Position numbers and translations under genes: made by a program. A DNA stretch of 63,490 nucleotides, the filler included. It is 9 parts of 9 records of this genome, joined end to end, with 100 filler letters (N's around TTAATTAATTAA, not from the genome) between each part and the next. Parts side by side here need not be neighbours in the genome. Positions count along the whole stretch, not along the records: positions 1 to 9,341 come from DRR378314_992; positions 9,442 to 21,524 come from DRR378314_993; 7 more parts are not named here. The stretch is one strand, 5' to 3'. Positions 1-12,910 of this stretch are shown here, piece after piece. A model generated the notes under the pieces. That model ran no database searches and had not been told where the DNA came from. It saw only the letters and a list, made by a program, of their open reading frames with translations. Positions within the stretch are counted from its first letter, which is position 1, and every line of letters begins with the position of its first letter.

Positions 1-33
1 CCCAAGCAGGCCACGGCCCTACTCCCGCAGCAG

Positions 34-3000
34 TCACCGCCGCCCTTTCCCCCACCGCTGGCCGGCGCCGCCGGCGCTACCGGGCCCGCCAGGCCCGCCA
101 CTGCGCATCGCTTGCATAGCCTCAAAGCGAGCCATCTCATCAAGCTCTTGCACCTCATCCTGTGTAAGTTCCGAGTACTTGTTTGTTGCCTGCACGGAAT
201 GGACAATGCTTGAGGTTGTCAGTAAGCGGTCGGGTTCGGGAGCTGAGGCAGGACCGCCGAGCGCACAAGAGTTCACCGGCCAGGGTTTGGGTGCGACAGT
301 CCGAGTGCCGCCGCGCCAACCATCGGCAGCCGCGCCTAAGGAACCACGTCACGCAACACCCACTGAATATTGTCAAAATTGCGCACGTTTCTTAAAACAT
401 ACCTTTTCAAATTTGAAAGGCACTCGTCCCAGATCGCCGTCAAACCGGTTCTTCGTAACATCGAGATACTTGTAGTACCTACCCGTTTGAAGAATGATCA
501 CATTGTCGGCCTCCTGCGTTGCTTTGGCGCTGCCAAAGACACTGCTCGTCGTTAGCAGTGCTCCTGCAGATCACAACATGCATACACAGTGACAAGTACA
601 AACGATGAGAAAAGGCTGTGCACCGTAGCCAACAAAAAACCTTGCATACTTCGGCGGCCAACGTAGCAACGAAACTGCGCCCTAAGGACGCCGCCGACAC
701 TATCGGCAACTATGTGGGGGGGAGCGCGCGCTTTGGTCCAAGTCATTCGAAAGAGCGTACCGTCATCTTCTTTCCGCGGATGGACGACCAACGAAACGTG
801 AATGTCTTTATCAGACGCAAATTTTCTAAATCTCTCAATTGCGCGATCCTGTGCCTCGAACTTGTCAAAGCCTCTTCCAAACGCCATTCCAGTCATGAAC
901 TGCACGGCGGCAGGCATCCCCGCGCACACAGCAGAAACGTCAGCCCACGTGGCACCTTGCCAAACCATTCCTACCCCGCAGGTGCAAACCCGGTGACCTT
1001 ACGCTTCTCAATTCATTCCCTTCTTCACAAATCTTTATCAGCGACTTCTACGTGTGAAACCCGCCCCGCACTCCGGCGCGAGGTGACTCAGTTTTCGCAG
1101 TTCAATCCGTACGTATACCCGATTCCACAGAGCGTGTGGCACCAAGAGTGGACATGGAATCCAATCTCTAACAAGCCCGAGCACATCAATTCTACATTCT
1201 ACCAGGCTGAAGTCTCTGACAACAATGACCGCTGGTACAGAAACGCGTCTACTCGTCCACGAAATGCCCAGATATGGTCGCCTACTCCACAGCACGGGAA
1301 ATCCAAGTCTCGCTTCCCTTCTGGAAGCAGTTGTCATTCACCATCCTTGCCGAGCCCCTGCCGATTAGTGCTCTCTCGCCTTCCTTTCGCAAACTCAAGC
1401 AGCGCACCTGGAGATTATCGATGATCACATGCTCGACATCGTGCGCGTAGACAGCATAGTCCATTGCATCGATCACTTCATCGAGACTCGTCGACCCGAA
1501 GAAGCGCATGAAGAACATCGGCAGAGATTCAAACCGATCCGCGTACGCAGAGAAATTCTGAACAAACTCCTCCTCCGGTTGTGACGCAAGCTGGCGAAGC
1601 ATCTTCAGCGCAAGCCTACAACAGCAACGAAAGTCAAAATGCACGCACAAACAGCATTCTTAGAGAACAATGTGCTCGGGAAAGGTCGCTACATACAGCA
1701 CGTAAAGCAAACGACACAATACTCGCGCCTTGACGCCGCCTTTGCAAGGATCGCAAATCTGCTTCGTGTCAGTCGATTCTCCACGTGATGCAAACCCACA
1801 TTCACGCCAAGGTGACACTATGCGCCGAGGTTTTGCTGCATTTCGCTCTTTACTTTCGAACTATCGATCGTGATTATATAGGGTGCTGGGCTCGCGCACG
1901 GGAAATGCGCAACGGAGGCGCTCGCCCCAAGGCTTGGTACATGTCATCGAGAACGAGGGTATACCAATCAGAAGTTCGGAAACTATGCGTATTGCAGGAC
2001 GTGGAGAGGAGTCGCACCTCGAATTCTTGATTTCGAACGATCCCCACAGTGTCTGGGCTCCTTGGAGACAGTAGTCCAGCGAGAGCTGGCTCAGCATGGT
2101 AGTTTTCCCCATTCCGGTTCGGCCGGTAAAAATTGTCAGCTCGCCGCGCCGCAACCCCTGAGCCCCCACGCACAAGAGAATCGTACAAAGAAATAGGAGG
2201 AACCGATACGCATGCGATCAGCAAGTGCAAAGACTGAGACGCTCCCGGCCATTCACGAACGTCAATTTGAATGCACACAGAAGTGGAAATGTCCCAGTTC
2301 CCCTGCCTTCTGCCAGAAACACGTAACACGCGCAAGAAAAAGTGTTGCGCCGCGTCACCGCACCGTGCACGCTTGGGGAAGAACGGAATGGCACACCCAT
2401 GCTATCGATTGGCAAAAATATGATTCTTTAGCAATTCCCAAAGGTTGAACCGGTTGCGGACAAGGCGTCATACGCCAGGGTTCAGCAGCGGAAATCGGAA
2501 TTATTTGTTCGACAATATGTTGGCTAGATCGGACGTAGTCCAATGCAGGAGATACCAAGTGCGACTCTACAGCAGACCAATATTTGTCCTGGCACACAAT
2601 TGACTGATACGAAACCAACAATCGCGTACTTATCAACATACCTTTGTGATTGCCGCGAGCTTGGGTAGTGTAAGCGGGCGGATTCCGCGCGACTGATCCT
2701 TGTTCATGAGCTCGTCATACACCTAACGCACACGTGCAGTACAACCAGGACGCACACACAAAGGCGCTCAGTAAAGCGCAGACGCAGAAACAGAAGAATG
2801 GCAACGCCACCTTATCACATGAACAACCAAGCGTCGAGGACTTCTTGTGGGAAAAAAGTATCGTTCCACATACCTCTCCGCGCAGATCGCGAAAAGAAAG
2901 AATGTCCTCGTGTGGAACGGGAGCTGCCTGCTGCAGCAGCGCGATCGGATCGACGGAGCCGTCGAGAAGAACTTCGTTGGCATCTTGATGCACAAGCAAA

Positions 3001-6000
3001 AGAAAGAACAAGAGGAAATAGTGGACAGGTACCGCGTGTGAGCAGCACAAGCAGGACGATATCTCGGGTGTATGCGACCAGAAAGAAGTCAAGACAACAG
3101 CGCAGAAGCGAGAGTCACGTGGAGGGAATCGGTCCACTGTGCACACAACGAGAGCAGAGACCAAGAGCCTCAACTTCGCTGACTCGATACTATACCTTTT
3201 GGTCCGTCCGGTTGACCATTCCTGCTGGCGACGAGGAAGCATCGTCCGAGCCCGAGCTTCTTGGCAATTCTGCGAGCGCCCTCGCGACCTTTTGTCGGGG
3301 TAGAAACACCGTCACCGAGACGCGAAGCGGGACTTTGAGGCAAGACGAAAGCGAATTCGATACACTACTACTACCATGTCGTTAGGTGCTCGGGAAGCTC
3401 ATGGGCCGTATGCAAGAGTTCCTTGATTTCGGTTTCCAGTAAAACAAACAAGAGCGTGAGAGCCAACGCGGGGAAAACGTAACAGTCCGTACCGGCTAGA
3501 TCATCATCCATCCAAAGGAAAATTTTCCGGAAACGTTCGAGCTGCGGAAGAATTTCCACAGGAAGCGACCGGGCTCCGTTCGGAAGGGATACGGCTGGGA
3601 ATCCAGTCATCTGGACGGTAGAATGCACGGCAGTCCGCACGCAGACATGCTCGTACAATGTGACAAATGAGCGAGGAAGATACTCGTCCAGGGAACCATG
3701 CCGATTGCCGCGCATGAGCAGAACAAACCGCCACTGACGAGACGCCAAACGTGTTGTCCAGCACACTGACAATCAGCATGCAGCTCCGTGTACTGTCCAT
3801 CAAGACGTATCTCGGCAACAACGGCACCGGGACCCACACCTATACGCACTGTCTTCCGTTTAGAGTGTGCTGTATGATTGTGCTATCTTTAAAATGCCAC
3901 GGCACCTGATGAACCGCCATCGCATCGAACTCCCCCTCCGTGACAACGACATAATCGGCATCAGGCGGAACTGTGTGCAATCCAAACAATCCCCACTGTC
4001 CTCCTTTTGGCGAGAGTCTTGTCTTTGCTTTCGATGAGAGTGCCCTGTGTACAAAACCCGGAGAAAGTCGCAAATAAGCAACAGGCAAGGAACGAGTATG
4101 GTTGTCCATGAAATCGCACGATATTCGCTTCTCCGCAACGTCTCCGCGGCGGAGTGCTCCGGACATCGTGCACAATACAAGGTTGGAGTGCAGGTTCTTC
4201 TGTGCAGACAGGCTTCCTATGCGCTACTTCCACAACCTTGCACAACCATACGCCATGCGTAGCTCTTTTCATACGCGCGGAGACAGCGGTGTTGGTGCAT
4301 TTCTACAACAGGCAAAACGTACCGGTGCTTTAGGCGGACAATCGTGCCTGAGCCGTCTCCACTGATCCACGGAAACGAAATGCACTCTTCTTCCGTCCAC
4401 ACGCCGTCTGCAAAGAAAGAATGCCTGTTGCAAGAACACATATTCCAAAAAAAAACGTACCAGACGCGATCTTTCAGGAAAGGCAATAGATGAGAAATAT
4501 ACATACAGAAGAACGCGTCCATGCGTTGATGTATCCCATTGCAACAGAGGAACGACACGACAAACGCTCCACCGCCGATGGTGGATCATATTTACAGAGA
4601 AAGAATACATATCAATATTTCGGATAAATAGAATAATCCGTTCGTACATAGGCATCCTACCGCATGCAAACTATGATCACTTCATTGTTTATTTTGTGCA
4701 CCTAGTGCTGCTGATCGCTTGGGAAGAAATACATACATGCGCTTCCACACCGCAGGCCAAAGGGCTGGAGCACAGATTTACAACGTAAGAAGTGCACGGC
4801 GGAAGAAATCGGGGCATATCACTCGTGCAACGATCATAGGACATACGAATTTTCCTCTGTTGTTACCAAATTCTCGGACCAGTGGCAAAACAGTGGCGCT
4901 CGAGAGCCGCCCTCTTCCCAGACCAAGTTGCACAGGAAAGACTCTTCAGCACGAGAAGCGACGACATACCTTCCTGCACCAATACCGTAGAGCTCCATGG
5001 TCTGGACATCCAGACCTCTCTCGTCCGTCAAGAACTCTAGTGACCTTGGGAACTGTCCATCTCGCAGGAGCTCTTGTTCTGCTCGCGCCTGTTGCACACG
5101 AAACATGCGCGGGCGGGATCGTAGTTTGTTGGTGAGTGACTCGCAGACAATATGTACAAGGTGCAAGATGACTGGACGAATGCGATCGCCAGGCCTACCG
5201 ACCCCCTACAGATGTATCGGAGTGAGCATATGTGCACACTCACAAAAACGGCGCGGGGAAGCATGAACATGCCTGGCGCTGGTCTGGAAGCGGGGCAGTC
5301 TCGCGTGCTGCCGAAGGTTGCTGCATATCATCGCCAAACGATCGCACAATGCCGTTGCGCAGATCGCCCATCCGCTGCTTCAGGTCGTACCTATTGAAGT
5401 AGAAAACAAACACGGACAGCAGCCCCAAGCGCGCACCCACACAACAAGAGTGATTCACAGGAGTGTACTCTTGTTTTCCTTGCAAAACCCCGGTGAGAAA
5501 TTTGCGAGCTTCAAGGCGATGGGAGAACTCGCAGAGTGGAACAGATCCGCCAAGAATACGTAGCAAACGCGACGAGCGTACCACGAGCCTTTCGCGCCAC
5601 ATCGGTGGCAGAAAAATGCGCCTGAGCCTGTGAATGAAGGTCACACGAAAGTATTTGCGAACCGATCGTTTCGAGAAATGGTTTACGATCTTACACGTTT
5701 CAGGAGTACGTCTTGTCACAATCATATCGAAATAGCCTCCGCATAACACGGATGATTGTGCCGCATTCGCCACAAGGGAAAGACCGATCAATTCCGACTA
5801 TGCGAACATGCACACAAGACAACTCTCCTCGCCGATCACTAACTGGCACTGAAAATATACAGAATCAACCCTTGCCCTCGCACCACCAATGCCCCGCGAT
5901 ACAATCATTGGATTAATGGTAACATATTACATGAATCCGGTATACCATTCCGGGACGCATGGCAGCAGCGGGAGTTTGCGACTACCGTGCGTGCTCCGTG

Positions 6001-7191
6001 CAGAGCGCACGAGGGTGCCATAGAACGCCAGCCTGCGACACAGGTCACCGCACACACCCGCAGCGGAGTGTGATGGCCTAGCAGGAACAAGTAACTCCAC
6101 TGTTGCGCCTGGCCGTACCTCGTTTGAGATATAACTTCCACATATTATCTGCGCGGCCTTTTGTATCGTGACAGAACGGGCACTCCTTGATACAAATCTC
6201 GTCTGACTGTACCCGATACACAAGACGCTTCCGGTCGAGATACTCACAGATCTGCGAACGCAGAAAGAACCGCAGCGATGAAGAAGTCAACAGAGACAGA
6301 AAGTTCAGAGCAGATGCGAAAGCGCTACACGACACAAATCAAATGACCAATTTTCAGAACTGCGGAAAAATAGCACTAACTTTAAAAGGCGCTGAAGCAG
6401 AACGCCTCGTTTCGCGAGGAACGGGTAGAAACCCAAACGCCGCGCTCACGTTCCCACCGCACTCTCCACGCTGCTATGCTGTCACGCGAAAGATGGCTGG
6501 CAAGCTGCACACCGCGCGAAACGCCACTTCCTTGCGCACCTCGTCATCTGGCAGCGTGAAATATGAAGACACAAATGTATGGGCGACATTTTCAGACTTT
6601 CCCGTGCTGTCGGATTTCGAGACAAGGAACCTGGATAACGATGGCAGCAAGTGAAGAGGACGCGTTAGGCGCATACCAAAACGAGCGAAACAAGTCTGCT
6701 AAAACACGATAGAATGGGGCCAACTTCGACTTCAGCAACCGTATGGAGAGATTCTTCATGTATATATAAACCATTTGTACCGTACCTACAGCGCGAAATA
6801 CCCGGTGCGCGGCGTGTACTCGCTAGCGACGAGTCCGCACGAGCGAGGCCTGTGCGCGAGCTCGCTGGAGCGCGGAGCGGCGACGCTGCCTGACGGTACG
6901 CGGCAGCTGTCCTTCGCGACATCCACCTCTTCAACACTGCACAGCAGGAAAAAGAATGGAAACGGAAACCCCACAGTTAGATCACACGAATAACATAGTC
7001 TCGTGTCAGGAAGAACAGTGAAGCTGGAATTCAGCAGTAGGCAAGCCAAAGGGAGGAGAAGGATGCTCCAGAGCAAGCAAGCGCGACGGCAAACACGAGA
7101 AGGCAGCTGTCGGGCGCACGCTAACAGCAATGCTCCAGCGAAAGCAAATCTTACATCGTAACCAAACAGACCGCTTTGGCGCGACAGACAT
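34..7191 (-). CDS. TWNK: Mitochondrial Twinkle-type primase-helicase, about 18 exons
   Basis: Exons spliced by hand give an Arg/Ser-rich presequence ([12 protein letters not shown]..), a Zn finger (CPFC..FCHRCG), TOPRIM ([26 protein letters not shown]), Walker A ([11 protein letters not shown]), [28 protein letters not shown] and KNRFDGDLG. Stop at 34-36. The first exon is less certain. Confidence 0.93.
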
Positions 7192-9341
7192 CTTCTAACC
7201 CGCCTAGCTACGTTTCAAATATTGAAAAAAGACTTGCAGTCAGCGAGCCTGGAAAGAAGCGGTTGCCACTGTGGAGCTCGGAGCTACTGACGCGGCGCGC
7301 GAATCCCAAGGAGAACTGCTGCAGCTTGCAGCACTCGACTCCTACGCTAGCTAGTCTGTGTGCTACCCCGTGGCCCCAAGCACGAGCAGCCACTGCACGG
7401 GCCAGAAGCGGCCTGACTTAGTGGTATACGTACCATACTCCAACTTGTTATACATTCTGTTCGCACGACGGGTCGAGACATCGTGCAGTGCTTCACGAAG
7501 CCTGGCGCAAGCACACGCGCGGCTAAACATAGTGGGACGGCAGACGGCAGGCGTTACCGCTGCGGATCACCGCAGCTCACCGCGTATGGCAGCAGCAGCC
7601 TCTGCAGCCCTGACAGCGGTATTCTTCACAAATATCGATGTGTATCTGTATATGACGTTCGTGAAGGTTGCTCAATGTGTGCTGCCCCGCAGCCCGTCCG
7701 CACGGCTGGCTCCAGGAACAGCGCTACCCGCGGCGAGCGGCCGCTGCTCGCAGAGACCACACTGTCGCTCTGGCACGCACGCGCACATGCGCAGGAATGG
7801 TTGTTTCGGCTGGGGTTAGGATGTCCGATACCCAATCCCTTGGCAAGGACTGCACCCTGTGACTCCGACAATTTACAGTACTTGAACATACTTTGCAACG
7901 CGAGCACGCCTGGAGATACTCTGTTCCTGGACCTTGCGGTATGCACCGCTGGCCTTGCGTTAATTTGACTACCCGATCGCTTGAACGTACTATATTCACA
8001 GAAATGCGCGATGCACAGGGGTTTAGCATCAATTCGCAAATAGCAGATACCGAGCATAGAGCTCGCCGTCTCTGCTGTGTCACGCAGCGAAAGGAACGGG
8101 CACCAATCATTCTCGGGCGCTGGGAGAGACAACATGTACGGCAAACCGCACGCTTCAGGTTGCAAAATGGACGCGTAGCTTCAACGTGAAGGGAAAGTCA
8201 ATTTCCCTTACATCACAGTAGAACTTCCTTCCGTACAGCGCACGCGATAAGGTGTCGCGATGCTGCAGTTCTTCATTGTAGTGCGGGAGGAGAATTTGCG
8301 TGAATCGCTCGGTGCTGGGCGTTGCCGAAGCGATAACAGCAAACCAACACCAGCGCCGCCACCGCCAAACGGCTTGCCCAGTCGTCGCGTCGGACCAATA
8401 TTGTGAGTCGAATCAGACCGACAATGCATTTCACAGTTAGTAAACGGCCACTCGGTTTACATCGTGGTTCAATGCTCTTTGCTGACCCTGCGATGAAAAG
8501 CAGCACACGAAGCGCGGTGAAATACGCTCCGCGAACCGTTCTTTCGCGAAAGGGAATGGTATTTCTGCGCAAATCACGGGGCGCAGGAGAAAGAGGATCA
8601 TATAGCGTCATTGCGCAATAAGACGACACGACATAGAATCGAAGCAACCAGTTTGCGCAACAAACCGCTTTTCATATGCACCGGGGGGGGAAAGCATCGC
8701 GCGCATAGGGTGTTGTAGCCCCCCGAGAAAGAAATGCATGTACACAGCTCATTCTCCGACGCCAGTATAGCCCCTCCCCTTCTTGCCATTTGCATTCTTC
8801 CGCCATTTGCGAATTCAAAATCACACATTGCACAGAAACCGTTCACTTGCACAGAGACAGCAGGGTGTAGATGGGAAAATCTCGAAACTCTGCACACTTG
8901 CATTGATAATGTCCTTGCCGGAACAATAAATCTCGAGCGTTGGAGTAAGGGAAGCTTGTGCCAGCCACTACTTTCCCGCCTGACCTGAGCAGGTCATCGC
9001 GTGGTTGGCCACGTTGCACATTCCTACCATCACGTTTTTTTTCTTTGCTTAGTGTGCCCACTGAAGTACGCAGGTGTCGTTTCTATGGGAGGGGACAGCG
9101 CACCAGGAGCTCGCGGATCTTGAGTAGAATGCTAATGTATACGCCTGGCTCCAAGGGGGTTTACCGGAGAACAGATCTTGTAAGACCGCTTCATCAGTGC
9201 CTTTGCCCCATTCTTCAACTCACTCTCCTGATGGTTTCATTCCTTTCTCCCTTTTTGAACAGCACGATTCACGCGAATATCATGTAGAGCAAAGGGTGCG
9301 AATCCTTTTATCGGATTGTGCTCTTTTTTTTTTTTTTTTTT

Positions 9342-9441
9342 NNNNNNNNNNNNNNNNNNNNNNNNNNNNNNNNNNNNNNNNNNNNTTAATTAATTAANNN
9401 NNNNNNNNNNNNNNNNNNNNNNNNNNNNNNNNNNNNNNNNN
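9342..9441. other. Artificial contig linker (N44-TTAATTAATTAA-N44)
   Basis: A six-frame stop cassette flanked by Ns. Identical copies lie at 21525-21624, 28420-28519, 33744-33843, 39404-39503, 46349-46448, 52820-52919 and 58291-58390. Confidence 0.99.
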
Positions 9442-9760
9442 TTGCCTAACCTGCTGCGCGGAAATCTATAGATATATATCTTGAGAGATGCGGGAATTTC
9501 TCCTTCACCACGAGTCTTTCCGCGGAGGGCTGAAGCTTCAGGTACAGTTCTTTTGCGCCCCCATGTCGACGAGGTGCTCACAGCGCCGCGGCGCGAAGGA
9601 AAACTGACACTCCCTTGCACTGGCTCTGTCGACTGCTTGTGCCGAATTCTCGCGAGTATGTATTCCATCTCTGATCTTCCCGTGGCAGATCTGTTACGCC
9701 ACAGGTGGAGAAAGAAAAATTCCTTTCTTCTCGTTCGAGGAAAGCAGCAGCGCATAGCAT

Positions 9761-11726
9761 ATGGCGGGATCTTTTGTGTGCGATTTCGATGTCAGGTGCT
9801 GGCTCCCAGCGCCGCAGCCGGTCGCTCCTCGCGTGCGATTCTCACTGCACCGATTTGACCGCTGTCCGCTCTGTCGCGCTGCTCTTCCTCTTCTTCTCGC
9901 TGGCAGCGCGATCGCTTGCCGAAGCGCGTTCCGGACGCACCGCACGTGCTTCGATCTGGATCGTTTGCATTGGTACGTATATAGACGCGTGTATGTATAA
10001 GCTTGGACAAGAAAAAAATCCGAGCGCGCGGGGGCTCGCTGTGTGGGGTTCTCGTTCCTCAGCTGCCGCGTTCCGCTGCCGCCTCGCGTCCTCCGCCTGT
10101 GTCCGCCCGCGCTCGCAGCAAGGCAAGGCGTCCGGCAAAGGCGACCCCGTGCTGGCCAGAAGGAAAGCCATGGAGATTGCAACGGTACGTCCAAGGGCAC
10201 GCTAAAATATGCACGGGTACAGAACAATTGCAGGTTGGTTCCGTGGTAGGCATCGTGCGTTTCCTGATCATTTGCTAGCGCGCGTTGTCGCGCGAGAAAG
10301 CGTTGGCGGCGATTTGGTTGTGTGTTCGTGGGAATTGCCAGCGTGCCCGCGCCGGCTGCTTGTGGACGCTGCGTTTGCGCGTCCGTCCTTCTCCTGCGCC
10401 GCACATCTCCCATGTGTGCGCCACGAAACTTGACTACAAATAAAGTGGGTATAATTGTGAAGCAAAGGTTGGGCCAGTTAGTTTCAAGATCGGCTTTGTT
10501 TTTCTTTCGTTTCTTTTCCTAGCTTGGATCCTGGTTTCAGCCGGTCGCTCGTTTGACGCTGTGCATGCTTCCCTGCTCCGAATCGTTCCAGGCACCTGGA
10601 AAGAACTTGTTCATGGTTGCGTTCATGATGTACATGAGCGGAAGTGACGTCAACATCTTTAGGTACGAATCAATTGGAGATGAGAGCCATTTTGATGCGG
10701 ACGATAGCACTTTCTTGCGTATTTCTTTTCGCGTGCGCTTCGTCGGCAAGTCTCGCTGCTGCCCTCCCGCGTTCTCTCTCTTTTTCCTCGTGTGCGTGCA
10801 GCAGGAGGAAGGCCTGCTCCTGCCGACTCGGTGTGGCTGTTGCTTACTTTCTCGAGGACCCGCGGTACTTCCTCCCCTTTCCCATTACCACAGTATCCTG
10901 ATTACCGTCATGGTGATGTTTAATGCAATCAAGGGAGTTTTTGGAGTCAATGGGGCATTCAAGATGGTGAAGGATGCGCACGTACGTTGCTTGCTCTCGA
11001 CTACGCGCGCGCGCGCGTGGCTGCGCGGTGACTGGGACGGGCAGGTGAATCGCGACGACGCGGTAGTATACACGATCGCCGTTCCTCACCGTGTCTTTCC
11101 TCCGCGCCCCTTTTTGTTTCGCTGTAGGTACCTTTGGGATCATACAAAATGCTATATATTTTCTTCAATTTTGTCGCGATGGCAATCGGTTTGTGGAAGG
11201 TTCGTTGCGCATGGGATTTTTTTTTTCTTTTCGTGCGTTCCATCGGTCTGTAGCTCCTAGAGAAGCCACTACGTCGCGTGTAGCAAAACAGTATGGCAGC
11301 CATGGTCGCATTACGAGTAGCTTTTACCCGCTCGCATGAAAAGCCAAATCGAAATGCTCATTTCACGCTTTTCTTTTACTGTGCGGTGCTTCTGCATGGT
11401 GTGCAGTGCAAGAGCCTCGGTTTTATCCCGGAGAGTCCTGCGGACTGGATGTTCCTCTTGCCTTCTTACAAGGTAACGCGCACGATCGCGCCTGAATTGA
11501 AGGGTGATATGTGAGCAGAAAAAGCAGAATGAGCACGAATTCTTTTGATTGTGGTGTACATGTGAACTGGCTTGTGCGACACGACTGCCTTGGGGTGCAA
11601 TGAATGGCGAGCAAGTACGAAACGTATCCGATGTATTCACTCGATCGATTGGCGACACTACAGGTCATTCGCCAGCAAACGACTTGCCGAGGCAACGGTA
11701 ATCTGGAGGCGAACGTCTCATTCTAA
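9761..11726 (+). CDS. EMC4: ER membrane protein complex subunit 4 (multi-exon)
   Basis: Spliced exons read LARRKAMEIAT|APGKNLFMVAFMMYMSGSDVNIF|SILITVMVMFNAIKG..|..IGLWK|CKSLGFIPESPADW, which fits the EMC4/DUF1077 pattern. The start exon is uncertain. Confidence 0.85.
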
Positions 11727-11915
11727 ATCCGAGCAGATTTACACGGGATCTTCGAGGGTGGAGCAAAAAAGTGAAAACATCTTTCCTGAATGAGTGAGCT
11801 TGTACACAAAGGGCGTGTATGCATTGGTGGCTTGGGGAGCGGGGAGCTCTTCGTCACCCGCTCGCGTTTCCGCACTCGCCGCAGCGCGAGCACGATAGCG
11901 CCCGCGGGGAGCACT

Positions 11916-12910
11916 TTACTGTCCGCCGACCGCGTTGAGGAAGACATCCAACGAGTCTTCATTTTCCATCTCCAGCTGAACAACAGTGCAAAGAGAATAG
12001 GATGACGCACGAGCCCATGTCAGGCGAAAGAAGGCGCAGTTTACCCCATCCTCCGCGCAGAGGGAGGGGCGAAGGCCAGCGAGCCAGGGCGAAGCACAGG
12101 ACGCAGACGGCGGTCGTCGGAGTGCTCGCGCCAAGTACCCGCGCAGTTGCAGAGCGCAGCACCGTACCGATTCAGGCGTCTGATCCCCGTCCACTCGCAT
12201 GCCGTCAAACATGAACGAAACAGAGTTCGGGTCCACCGATTGGCGCTGACAGTATGCGTCCATGAGTCGCCGGAGCGGCGTCGTGCGCTTGATTTTGAAA
12301 TGCACCTCGTTACCATTCTGCAACGCGGCGCGCGTGTCGTGTAGGCGCAGCAAGAACGCAGTGTCCGAGGAATGGCGGGCGATGCCGCACGTGAGAGGCG
12401 CTTGCGCCTGCGTGATCGCACGCGCACAATGCTCAGGAAGCGGAACCTGTGCTCGTCCTCAAGTAGCGGAGATGCTATCGCACGGGGATTACGAAGACAG
12501 GAAGACGGTAGGCGGAAATCGCACCACAATGTTCCGAGAAGCAGCACAGCGCACCTGGTTCTTGACTTTCACGTTCACATGTTTCACGTCTCCTGCACAA
12601 GGGCGCGTTGCAGTGGTTTGTGGCCGCACAGTGGAAAGGGGAGGGGTAAGAGAGCCGTATACCTGCGCGCTGCAGTGGAAACTTTCTTCTCGTCGACATA
12701 TTGACAATAACCCAGGTTGTACATCGATGAAAAACTGACAACCAGAGGCAATCTGGGTCCTTCTTTCTCGAGCGACTGTCACCGCGTGTTTTCGGTGGCG
12801 CACAGGCGCTGGTGTCGTGCGGACAGGGCCGTGCTTGCCGACGTACCACCGGAGCCCGCATTGTCTTGCTTCCCTTCGGGCTTTACATTATTATTGTTGT
12901 TGCTATCCAT
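11916..12910 (-). CDS. SUMO: SUMO (small ubiquitin-like modifier), 4 exons
   Basis: MDSNNNNNVKPEGKQ..|GDVKHVNVKVKNQ|NGNEVHFKIKRTTPLRRLMDAYCQRQ..FMFDG..DQTPES|LEMENEDSLDVFLNAVGG-Q*. Confidence 0.93.

Noticed and set aside
7200-9341. Additional genes here and at 13000-13900, 16285-17600 and 26050-26900
   Set aside because: Splice-like signals exist, but I could not assemble a recognisable protein. These regions are left unannotated.
9386-9397. Recurrent TTAATTAATTAA as a biological repeat or target-site motif
   Set aside because: It is always centred in N-runs of identical length. It is a synthetic six-frame stop linker and also creates the false ORF ends 'LIN'.
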